Assembly (NCBI GenBank): GCA_029907105.1
Contig: JARYMM010000004.1
Span: 65,364 to 129,363 of the forward strand
Length of the DNA stretch: 64,000 nt
Direction of reading: 5' to 3'
DNA from: Anaerolineae bacterium
GTDB taxonomy: Bacteria > Chloroflexota > Anaerolineae > UBA3071
The notes beneath the pieces were generated by a model. That model was not told the DNA's origin. It made no database searches and saw nothing but the letters and a program-made list of their open reading frames with translations. Shown piece by piece: positions 38,525-46,405 of this stretch. A program made the position numbers and the translations under genes. Position 1 is the first letter of the stretch. Every line of letters begins with the position of its first letter.

Positions 38525-39339
38525 GCGAACTCTCGGCGGCGGCGATTGAGAGCGCCCTGACCACTGCCTGGCTGGGGCGGCCGGTGCATCACTTCATCCA
38601 ACTCGGCTCGACCAACGACCTGGCCCGCGAGCTGGCCCGCCGCGGCGCAGCCGAGGGCACGCTGGTCATCGCTGAGGAGCAAACGGCCGGCAAAGGCCGG
38701 CTGGGGCGAAGCTGGTGGGCGCCGCCGGGCTCCTGCCTGCTGCTTTCGCTGATCTTCCGCCCGCCGCTGGCCCCGGCGCAGGCGCAGCGGCTGACCATGA
38801 TCGCCGGGCTGGCCTGCGCGGAGGCGGTGGAGGCACAGACGGGCCTGCGCCCCGGCCTCAAGTGGCCCAATGACCTGGTGCTGGCGGAGCGCAAGCTGGC
38901 CGGCATCCTGACTGAACTGGAGACAGCCGGGGAACGGCTGGACTTCGCCGTGGTGGGCCTGGGCCTGAACGTCAACGTGGATTTTCGGCAACAGGCCACG
39001 GATGCGGAACTGCGAGATAGTGCCATCGGCCTCCTGCAGGTACTGGGGCGGCCGGTGGACCGCCTGGCCTTGCTCAACGAGCTGCTGGTGCGGCTGGAGC
39101 AGCGTTACGAACGGCTGCGCGCCGGGCAGTCGCCGCATGCCGAGTGGGCGGCGTGCCTGGTCACGCTGGGCCAGGCCGTGCGAGTTGTAACCCCCTCCCC
39201 AGCCCTCCCCCCTACAGGGGGAGGCGTACTGGAGGGTCAGGCGGTGGGCGTGGACGCCGACGGCGCGTTGCTGCTGCGCCTGGCCGATGGGCGCACGGAG
39301 CGGGTGCTGGCCGGGGATGTAACGTTGCACCGGGGTTGA
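38521..39339 (+). CDS. birA: Biotin--protein ligase, group I (no DNA-binding domain)
   Basis: GKGRLGRSWWAPPGSCLLLS motif; the start codon is uncertain (TTG). Confidence 0.7.
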   Translation: MSELSAAAIESALTTAWLGRPVHHFIQLGSTNDLARELARRGAAEGTLVIAEEQTAGKGRLGRSWWAPPGSCLLLSLIFRPPLAPAQAQRLTMIAGLACAEAVEAQTGLRPGLKWPNDLVLAERKLAGILTELETAGERLDFAVVGLGLNVNVDFRQQATDAELRDSAIGLLQVLGRPVDRLALLNELLVRLEQRYERLRAGQSPHAEWAACLVTLGQAVRVVTPSPALPPTGGGVLEGQAVGVDADGALLLRLADGRTERVLAGDVTLHRG

Positions 39340-39342
39340 GAG

Positions 39343-40569
39343 ATGGGTGTCGAGTTTCGCTGGGAAGAAGGGGAATATCGGACGCCGCTGGTGTCGCCTC
39401 CGCCACCGCGGCGGTGGCCGCGCCGCCTGCTGTTGATCGTCGGCTGCCTCCTGCTGCTGGCCCTGGCCGTCGCCGGGGTGGTCCTCTGGAACCGCGCCCA
39501 GGCTGGCCTGCGCGCCGCCCGCTCCGACCTGCAGGCCGTCGTGGACGCCGAACTGGCCGCGCTGCAGCGCGGCGACCAGGAAGTCTACCTCTCCCTGCAG
39601 GATTTCAACAACCGGCAATGGTACCGCTTCCAGGAAATTTACCTGAAGGGCCTGCAGCAGGCCGGGGAGGATGAGGTCAGCAAGCAGATCGGTGCCCTGC
39701 GCATCGTGGACCTGGACCTGGCCGGGGACTCGGCCTGGGTGGAAGTCGAGTACGAACTGGAGGGCGTGCCCTACCGCCGCGTGCAGTTCTACCGCCTGAC
39801 CGCCGGCCACTGGCGGCGCACGGCCCCCGACGAGCGCTATTGGGGCGAGCGTAGAGAAGCGGAGACCACGCATGTGCGCTTCATCTACCGTCAGCGGGAA
39901 GAGGAGATCATACAGTCGGTGCGCGAGGAGGCGGAGCGCTTCTACCAGCAGGCCTGTGCCGACTTTGGCCTTCCCGTCTACGGGCAGCAGGTGACCTTCG
40001 AGTTCCAACCGGTGGCTAAGACGAGCCCGGCGTTGACCTCGCGGGGGTATTTCTTCGTTCCCTCGCCCTTGCTGCTGGGGGTGCGCGCCGACGGTCAGCC
40101 GGACGGCGAATTGCTGGCCGGCCTGGCCCACAGCATAGCGCTGCACCTGGCCGTCGAAAAGTCCGGCTTCTACGTGCAGCAGCCCGGCCCTGGCGGCAAC
40201 TGGGTGCTGCTCAACGGCATCGTGGCCAGGGAGGTGGAGCAGCGGTATTCAGGCGCGGCGCTGCCGGCCCAATGGCAGCAATGGCTGCAGGAGGCGGCCG
40301 CCCAGAACGATCTGCCACCGCTGAGTTCGCTCTGGCCGCCATACGAGTTTGACAGCGAGCGCGAGGGCGGTCTGGCCTTCGCCCAGGCAGAGAGCGCCGT
40401 GGCCTACGCCGTGGAGCGGGGCGGCCGCACGGTGCTGCCCGCCCTGCTGGACGCCCTGGGCCGCAAGCTGCCGGCCGAAGAGACCTTCCAGGCCGCCTTG
40501 GACATGAGCCTGGCCGACTTCGAGGCCGGCTGGCGGGAATTCGTGCTGAATAGTTACCCAACGAGGTGA
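39343..40569 (+). CDS. Hypothetical membrane-anchored protein
   Basis: N-terminal TM segment followed by a 350-aa soluble region with no motif I recognise. Confidence 0.4.
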   Translation: MGVEFRWEEGEYRTPLVSPPPPRRWPRRLLLIVGCLLLLALAVAGVVLWNRAQAGLRAARSDLQAVVDAELAALQRGDQEVYLSLQDFNNRQWYRFQEIYLKGLQQAGEDEVSKQIGALRIVDLDLAGDSAWVEVEYELEGVPYRRVQFYRLTAGHWRRTAPDERYWGERREAETTHVRFIYRQREEEIIQSVREEAERFYQQACADFGLPVYGQQVTFEFQPVAKTSPALTSRGYFFVPSPLLLGVRADGQPDGELLAGLAHSIALHLAVEKSGFYVQQPGPGGNWVLLNGIVAREVEQRYSGAALPAQWQQWLQEAAAQNDLPPLSSLWPPYEFDSEREGGLAFAQAESAVAYAVERGGRTVLPALLDALGRKLPAEETFQAALDMSLADFEAGWREFVLNSYPTR

Positions 40570-40576
40570 AAACGTA

Positions 40577-41140
40577 TTGAGGCGAGAAGAGGCCTGGCAG
40601 CTCGTGAACGAGCACACGCACAACCAAAACCTCGTTCGCCACATGCTGGCGGTGGAGGCGGCGATGCGCGCCTACGCCCGCCACTTCGGCGAGGACGAGG
40701 AACTGTGGGGCATCGTCGGCCTGGTGCACGATTTCGACTACGAACAACACCCCACGGCCGAGGAGCATCCCTACGTCGGCGCGGCCATCCTGCGCCAGCG
40801 CGGCTGGCCCGAGGAGATCGTGAACGCCGTGTTGTCGCATGGCAGCTACACCCAGGTCCCCCGCGACACTCCGCTCAAGAAGGCGCTGTTCGCCGTGGAC
40901 GAGCTGACCGGCCTGATCACGGCCGTGGCCCTGGTGCGCCCCAGCAAAGACATCCGCGACGTCACCGTCAAGTCGGTGCGCAACAAGTGGAAGGACAAAG
41001 CCTTCGCTGCCGCCGTCAACCGCCAGGAGATCGAAGAGGGCGCGGCCGAGCTGGGCGTCGAACTGTGGGAGCACGTGGGCATCGTTCTGGAGGCCATGAA
41101 GGGCATCGCCGAGGAGTTGGGACTGGCCGGCGCGGGCTGA
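40577..41140 (+). CDS. HD/HDIG-domain phosphohydrolase
   Basis: LVHDFDYEQHP HD motif. Confidence 0.6.
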   Translation: MRREEAWQLVNEHTHNQNLVRHMLAVEAAMRAYARHFGEDEELWGIVGLVHDFDYEQHPTAEEHPYVGAAILRQRGWPEEIVNAVLSHGSYTQVPRDTPLKKALFAVDELTGLITAVALVRPSKDIRDVTVKSVRNKWKDKAFAAAVNRQEIEEGAAELGVELWEHVGIVLEAMKGIAEELGLAGAG

Positions 41141-41201
41141 CGAGCGTGCGCCCGGTGTCAGCCTGCCGTCAGATGATGGTCATGCATCTCCAGCCGCCGC
41201 A

Positions 41202-41210
41202 TGGTATGAT
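41202..41210 (+). promoter_or_regulatory. Extended -10 (TGgTATGAT) for the small membrane protein gene
   Basis: catggtatgatg; the transcript would start with a ggaagtc-cgctga-gacttcc hairpin. Confidence 0.35.
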
Positions 41211-41265
41211 GCGTGTGGAAGTCCGCTGAGACTTCCGCAATTCATCCGTGAGGAGGCAAGGCACG

Positions 41266-41469
41266 ATGAGACAACGTCAGGGGTGTTTGCAAGGGCTGCT
41301 GGAGATGTTCATGCTGACCGCCGCCTTCGACTGGCTGGAGAAGCGCTTTGGCTTCGGGCGAGGCTGCTCGTGCACCGGCTTCGGCTGCGGGATCATCCTC
41401 CTGATCGCCTTCCTGGTGCTGGCCTGCGGCATCATCACCGGCACCGACTGGTTCCACCTCGGCTTCTAG
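41266..41469 (+). CDS. Small Cys-rich membrane protein (hypothetical, 67 aa)
   Basis: GAGGAGG RBS 9 nt upstream of the ATG; GRGCSCTGFGCG followed by a TM helix. Confidence 0.45.
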   Translation: MRQRQGCLQGLLEMFMLTAAFDWLEKRFGFGRGCSCTGFGCGIILLIAFLVLACGIITGTDWFHLGF

Positions 41470-41498
41470 CAGACGCATGACACCTGGGAGGGCAGGTT

Positions 41499-43085
41499 AT
41501 GCAGCTCGGCCAACTGATCGCCGCCCTGCCCGACGTGGGCCAGGCCCTCGTCACCGACGAGGCACTGGCCATGGACATCACCGCCATCACCGCCGACTCG
41601 CGCCGGGCACAGCCCGGCGCTCTGTTCGTCGCCTACGCCGGCGTCAGCGTTGACGGACACGATTTCATAGACCAGGCGGTGGCGGCAGGGGCAGCGGCTG
41701 TTGTGGGAGAGAGGGAATGGAAGGAAATAAGGGGAATGAGGGGGGGCACCTCTTTTCCCTCGTTTCCTTCCTTCCCTTACGTTCGCGTCGGCGACGGCCG
41801 CCAGGCGCTGGCCTATCTTTGCGCCGCCTGGCATGGCTTCCCGGCTCGCCGTCTGAAGGTGATCGGCGTCACCGGCACCGATGGCAAGACGACGGTGACC
41901 TTTCTCATCCACGCTGTGCTCACCGCCGCCGGTCACCGCACGGGCATGATCAGCACCGTCAGCGCGCGCATCGGCGAGCGGAGCCTGGATACGGGCCTGC
42001 ACACCACCACCCCTGATGCGCCGGAGGTGCAGGCTTACCTGGCGCAGATGGTCGCCGCCGCCAGCGAGTACGCCGTGCTGGAAGCGACATCGCACGGGCT
42101 GGCGCAGCAGCGGGTGGCCGCCTGTGACTTCGATGTCGCCGTGGTCACCAACATCACCCACGAGCATCTGGACTTCCACGGCTCGCCCGAGGCCTATCTC
42201 GCGGCCAAGGCCATGCTCTTCGAGAGCCTGAGCCGCAGCCAGCGCAAGCCGGGCGTGCCCAAAGTCGCCATCCTCAATGCCGACGACAGCTCCTTCCAGC
42301 GGCTGCGCCGCATCCCCGCCGATGTCCAGATCACCTATGGCTTAAGCGAAAGCGCCGATGTCCGGGCCACTGATATCCGCTATAGCCCCTCCGCTACTCG
42401 CTTCACCGTCCAGGCGCACTCGGCAGTGAGCAAGATACGCGCCTCCAGCTTCCAGCTTCAGACATCGCTTATAGGTGAATATAACGTCTACAACTGTCTG
42501 GCCGCGGCGGCCGTGGGGCTCTCGCAGGGCCTCACAGCGGAGGCCATCCAAAACGGCATCGCCAGCGTCAAAGGTGTCGTCGGGCGCATGGAGCGTATTG
42601 ACGAAGGGCAGGATTTCCTGGCCATCGTGGACTTCGCCCACACGCCGCGGGCGCTGGAGGTGGCCCTGGAGACTGTGCGCCGCCTGGCCGAAGGGCGGGT
42701 GATCGTCGTCTTTGGCTGCGCGGGGTTGCGGGACGTGCAGAAGCGCCCCTGGATGGGGCGCATCGCCGGGCGGCTGGCCGACCGGGTGGTCATCACGGCC
42801 GAGGACCCTCGCACGGAGCCGCTGGAGGAGATCATGGCCCAGATTGCCGCCGGCTGCCAGGAGGCGGGAAGGCGGGAAAGCCAGGACTACTGGCGTATCG
42901 GCAACCGGGCGGAGGCCATCCGCTTTGCTGTCCACATGGCCCGGCCCGGCGATGTGCTCCTCGTCACCGGCAAAGGGCACGAGCAGTCCATGTGTCTGGG
43001 CAACACCGAGTATCCCTGGAGCGACCACGCCGCCCTGGGCGCCGCGCTGCGCGGGGAAAGGCTTCCTGAGTCTCTGGCCTGGTAG
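41499..43085 (+). CDS. murE: UDP-N-acetylmuramoyl-L-alanyl-D-glutamate--2,6-diaminopimelate ligase
   Basis: VIGVTGTDGKTT P-loop and Mur ligase body. Confidence 0.9.
   Translation: MQLGQLIAALPDVGQALVTDEALAMDITAITADSRRAQPGALFVAYAGVSVDGHDFIDQAVAAGAAAVVGEREWKEIRGMRGGTSFPSFPSFPYVRVGDGRQALAYLCAAWHGFPARRLKVIGVTGTDGKTTVTFLIHAVLTAAGHRTGMISTVSARIGERSLDTGLHTTTPDAPEVQAYLAQMVAAASEYAVLEATSHGLAQQRVAACDFDVAVVTNITHEHLDFHGSPEAYLAAKAMLFESLSRSQRKPGVPKVAILNADDSSFQRLRRIPADVQITYGLSESADVRATDIRYSPSATRFTVQAHSAVSKIRASSFQLQTSLIGEYNVYNCLAAAAVGLSQGLTAEAIQNGIASVKGVVGRMERIDEGQDFLAIVDFAHTPRALEVALETVRRLAEGRVIVVFGCAGLRDVQKRPWMGRIAGRLADRVVITAEDPRTEPLEEIMAQIAAGCQEAGRRESQDYWRIGNRAEAIRFAVHMARPGDVLLVTGKGHEQSMCLGNTEYPWSDHAALGAALRGERLPESLAW
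41709..41787. repeat. Palindromic purine/pyrimidine-rich insertion inside murE, in frame
   Basis: gggaatggaaggaaataagggg...cctcttttccctcgtttccttccttccc encodes EREWKEIRGMRGGTSFPSFPSFP; a related string occurs at 49190-49245. Confidence 0.55.
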
Positions 43086-43107
43086 GGCAACAGGCGCCAA
43101 ACGCGAT

Positions 43108-43136
43108 TTGACAAAAAGCCCAAATGGTGGTAGACT
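43108..43136 (+). promoter_or_regulatory. Sigma70-type promoter for tRNA-Leu (TTGACA, 17-nt spacer, TGgTAGACT)
   Basis: Perfect -35 hexamer, 17-nt spacer, extended -10; the tRNA begins 10 nt downstream. Confidence 0.55.
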
Positions 43137-43146
43137 ATGGATGCGA

Positions 43147-43233
43147 GCCGAAGTGGCGGAATTGGCAGACGCGCACGGTTCAGGGCCGTGTGGGCTTACG
43201 CCCATGTGGGTTCAACTCCCACCTTCGGCACCA
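43147..43233 (+). tRNA. tRNA-Leu (anticodon CAG), CCA encoded
   Basis: Cloverleaf with a long variable arm; anticodon loop ttCAGgg; close to the E. coli tRNA-Leu(CAG) pattern. Confidence 0.85.
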
Positions 43234-43239
43234 GGTCAG

Positions 43240-43275
43240 AAATCCCAGGTCGGTCAGCGAGCTGGGATTTGTTGT
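43240..43275 (+). terminator. Hairpin after tRNA-Leu
   Basis: agaaatcccag-loop-ctgggattt followed by gttgtc. Confidence 0.4.
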
Positions 43276-43340
43276 CATAGGGCCAGGGGCGAGGAGCGGC
43301 ACGGCCCGCCGATTCGCCTGTGCATTGCGGAGACAGCCTG

Positions 43341-43760
43341 ATGACTCCACCCGGGCGCCGGTACCAGTCACTTCCGAGGGCATCACAGCTTATCTTGCTG
43401 GTGTCTCTGGCGCTTTGTCTGCTCTTTGCTCTGCAGATCATCGGCCAGGTTCGTGACCGCCGGCAGATGCAGGCCGCGTTGCAAGAAGCGGAACAGGAAC
43501 TGGCGCAGGCCCAGGAAATAGAGAGACGGCTGCTCGAAGAAGCGCAGAACAGGGAGATCGAACTGGAGCGTGCGGCACGTGAGGAAGTCTCCGGGGCCCT
43601 CTCCGATGAAACGATCATCGCCCCCCAATCGGCCCCGGCTCAGCGGCCAGAAAATGCCGAACCGCCCCGGCCACAGGCCGAACTGACTCCCTGGCAGCAG
43701 TGGTGGAACCTCTTCTTCCCGGCTGCCGAAGGAGAGCCCCTCGGAAAACCCTCGCCGTGA
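43341..43760 (+). CDS. Septum-formation-initiator-like protein (FtsB/DivIC-like)
   Basis: N-terminal TM followed by a coiled-coil (QMQAALQEAEQELAQAQEIERRLLEE) and a Pro-rich tail; placed downstream of murE. Confidence 0.45.
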   Translation: MTPPGRRYQSLPRASQLILLVSLALCLLFALQIIGQVRDRRQMQAALQEAEQELAQAQEIERRLLEEAQNREIELERAAREEVSGALSDETIIAPQSAPAQRPENAEPPRPQAELTPWQQWWNLFFPAAEGEPLGKPSP

Positions 43761-43859
43761 ACAGGGGCAGGCCGGCCAGAAGCAGCGGCACTGTCCTGTG
43801 CACACCTGGCAGGCGGGTGTATTTCACTTTAGTGGCGAGAGCGAGAGCCAGCCTGGCCT

Positions 43860-43992
43860 GTGTCATTGCGAGGCGCGCCCCCATTCGCTGCGCTCAGGGC
43901 ATGGTTTGCGCCGAAGCCTGCCCTGAGCTTTGCCGAAGGGCAATCTCCCACTGGCTGGCAGGAGATTGCTTCGCCTTCGGCTCGCAATGACA
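43860..43992. other. Candidate structured element with a three-stem fold, flanked by 12-bp inverted repeats TGTCATTGCGAG/CTCGCAATGACA
   Basis: Closing inverted repeat, then gctcagggca/tgccctgagc (10 bp), then a long irregular hairpin gccgaagggcaatctcc...ggagattgcttcgccttcggc; direct repeats tgcacacctggcag lie about 50 nt on either side. Confidence 0.4.
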
Positions 43993-44030
43993 TTTCCAAA
44001 AAACTGAAATGCACACCTGGCAGCCGCCGT

Positions 44031-44059
44031 TTGACGAGCAGCGGCAATCGGAGTATAAT
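44031..44059 (+). promoter_or_regulatory. Sigma70 consensus promoter for the tRNA-fMet/tRNA-Met pair (TTGACG, 17-nt spacer, TATAAT)
   Basis: ttgacgagcagcggcaatcggagtataat. Confidence 0.6.
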
Positions 44060-44069
44060 TGAATAACAA

Positions 44070-44141
<72 letters not shown>

Positions 44142-44146
44142 TCAAT

Positions 44147-44219
44147 GGCGGCGTAGCTCAGTTGGTAGAGCACGGAGCTCATAATTCCGGTGTCCCCAGT
44201 TCGAGCCTGGGCGCCGCCA
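44147..44219 (+). tRNA. Elongator tRNA-Met (anticodon CAT)
   Basis: GGCGGCGTAGCTCAGTTGGTAGAGCAC... elongator Met pattern; CCA not encoded. Confidence 0.75.
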
Positions 44220-44328
44220 TGCTACATTGAAGAGCCCCTCCATACAGCGGAGGGGCTTTCTCTTTGCCATTTGACGAAGAAGGCAGTTCGTGGCATACTG
44301 GGTTACACCATACGGGGAGAGACGGAGG

Positions 44329-45177
44329 ATGTCCAGGTTTCTGACCCAGGTACATCGGGCGACGGCGGCCGATGTCCCGCGTGTGCTGATGCTGCTGGAA
44401 AGTGCGCTGCGGCAGTACCTCTCCTTCGGCCGAGAGGACCTGCCCTACTTTCTGGCCCAAAACAAGGTGTGGCTGGCCGATGCCGCCGATACCCTGTGGG
44501 GGTTTGTGTGTATCACCTCCCGTGCTTCATCCCTGGCCGACCTGCGCGCTTTGGCCCTGATCAACGGCTGGCGGGTGGATACGGGACTGCAAACGCTGCT
44601 GACACCGGCCATCGGCGACCTGCGCGTCCAGGGCACAACTGCCCTGGTTTGCCTGGGCAGCGCAGCCTGGCTCGTGCCGCCGCTGCAGCGGGCCGGCTTT
44701 CGCCTGGTGGACAGAATCGTCTACCTGGAACGGCCGGCGGCAACCGCCTGGCCTCCCTCCGAGCCTCGGGCATCGCTACGTCCCATCGGCCAGGCCGACC
44801 TGGACACGCTCATCGCTCTGGACCACAGCGCTTTCACCACCCTGTGGCATTTCGATCGCGGCCACTTCATGGAGCTGCTGGTCACCTCCAGCCGTTCGGT
44901 GATCGCCGAGAGCGCAGGCCAGGCCGTGGGCTACGCCATCAGCTACGTGCTGGGAGAGATCGGCTTCATCGTCCGGCTGGCCGTGCACCCCGATTATCAG
45001 GGACAGGGGGTCGGCAGCCAGCTCCTCGCCGATGCCCTGCACCACTGCCGGCAGGCCGGCGCAGTCACCATCAGGCTGAACACCCAGGAGAGCAATATCG
45101 CCTCCCACCGTCTCTACGGCCACTTCGGCTTCCAGCGCACGGGACGGCGCGTGCCCGTTCTGGTGAAAGAGCTGTGA
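44329..45177 (+). CDS. GNAT family N-acetyltransferase (tandem GNAT folds)
   Basis: QGQGVGSQLL acetyl-CoA-binding motif; GGAGG RBS; the listed longer ORF runs through the tRNA genes and was rejected. Confidence 0.65.
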   Translation: MSRFLTQVHRATAADVPRVLMLLESALRQYLSFGREDLPYFLAQNKVWLADAADTLWGFVCITSRASSLADLRALALINGWRVDTGLQTLLTPAIGDLRVQGTTALVCLGSAAWLVPPLQRAGFRLVDRIVYLERPAATAWPPSEPRASLRPIGQADLDTLIALDHSAFTTLWHFDRGHFMELLVTSSRSVIAESAGQAVGYAISYVLGEIGFIVRLAVHPDYQGQGVGSQLLADALHHCRQAGAVTIRLNTQESNIASHRLYGHFGFQRTGRRVPVLVKEL

Positions 45178-45782
45178 TTGAGGCCATCGTCTTTGACTTC
45201 GGAGGGGTCTTCACCCGCAATGAGCGCTCGCAAGCGCGGTTGCGAGAGTTTGATGCCCTGCTGGGCTGGCCACCGGGGACGATGCAGCAGCGTCTTTTCG
45301 CCGGCGAAGCCTGGGAACTGGCCTCCATTGGCGCCATCTCGCCGGAAGAGCACTGGGCACGCGTGGGCCGCGAGCTGGAAAGCCGCCTGCCGCCGGATTT
45401 CCGTCACTTCCGGGGCAATCCCTTCCACCTGGAAGAGATCAACGACCAGGTCGTCGCCCTGGCCCAACGGCTGCGCCGCCGCTATCGCCTGGCCCTTTGC
45501 TCCAACGCCCTGGCCAGCCTGGCCGACCTGCTGGAGGCGATGCCGCAGATCAAGGCCCTGTTCGAGGTCATCGTCATCTCGGCGCTGGTAGGGCTGCGCA
45601 AACCCGACCCGCGCATCCTTGAGCTGACCGCCGAGCTCCTGGGACTGCCGCTCGGTGCCTGCCTGCTCGTGGATGACAGGGAACGCAACGTGCGCGCCGC
45701 CGAAGCGGCGGGCATGCCTGCCGTGCTCTTCCAATCGGCCACCCAGCTAGAGGCAGCTCTGCGCATTCACCTGCAGCTTTGA
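45174..45782 (+). CDS. HAD family hydrolase (subfamily IA)
   Basis: IVFDFGGV motif I and LLVDDRERNV motif; GTG start overlaps the GNAT stop (GTGA). Confidence 0.65.
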   Translation: MIEAIVFDFGGVFTRNERSQARLREFDALLGWPPGTMQQRLFAGEAWELASIGAISPEEHWARVGRELESRLPPDFRHFRGNPFHLEEINDQVVALAQRLRRRYRLALCSNALASLADLLEAMPQIKALFEVIVISALVGLRKPDPRILELTAELLGLPLGACLLVDDRERNVRAAEAAGMPAVLFQSATQLEAALRIHLQL

Positions 45783-45847
45783 AAGTCTCAAGTTCCAGGG
45801 TTCCAGGTTTCTACCGAATCGTGTGCTTGTTTCCCAAGGAGGTTGGC

Positions 45848-46036
45848 ATGCGCCCGCGCTATCGCAGTTTGCTCTTCACCATCGCCCTGGTCATCGCCCT
45901 CTATCTCGTCTGGCGCAAAGTGCACTTCGTATTCATCATACCTTTGACCCCCTGGCAGTTCGCCCTGTTGCTGTTGGTCATCGCCGTAGTCATCTTCCTG
46001 CTGCTGGATCACCTCGTCAACCGCACGCGAAGGTGA
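45848..46036 (+). CDS. Small two-TM hypothetical membrane protein
   Basis: AGGAGG RBS followed by ATG; 62 aa. Confidence 0.4.
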   Translation: MRPRYRSLLFTIALVIALYLVWRKVHFVFIIPLTPWQFALLLLVIAVVIFLLLDHLVNRTRR

Positions 46037-46215
46037 CTATCTCATGGGTTTCCTTGGGCTGTGAGAACTGGCAAGTATCCCGTGTTCACCCCCTGGCTGT
46101 CATGCTGAACGGGTCTTACACCCCGTCTCGCCGGCGGGCATACCCTGGGCAGCAGCCCCGTACGCATACAAGCGCAGACCACCAGTGAAGCATCTGGGCC
46201 CTTATAGACGCAGGA

Positions 46216-46313
46216 GATGCTTCGCTGGCCAACGCACTCCAATGACTGTCAGGCGCCAGAGATGGTTACCTGTCAGCAAGGTTGGCTCCCAGACCCGCTC
46301 AGCATGACCAGGT
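46216..46313. other. Conserved bipartite element, copy 2
   Basis: GATGCTTCGCTGG, CAATGA-N7-GCGCC and ACCCGCTCAGCATGACCAGGT blocks, as at 23886-23950. Confidence 0.5.
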
Positions 46314-46405
46314 GAGGCTCCCGGATACTTGCCAATTCGGTCAGCCAAGGGGCAGCGCGGGGGAAAACAATGTGTCACCTGACTGACTCGAGTAGAGAAC
46401 ATCCC

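Noticed and set aside
44190-45782. 530-aa ORF spanning the tRNA-Met gene, the GNAT gene and the HAD gene
   Set aside because: It begins inside the elongator tRNA-Met and fuses two separately initiated genes. The GNAT gene has its own GGAGG-ATG start at 44329, and the HAD gene starts at an overlapping GTG (45174).
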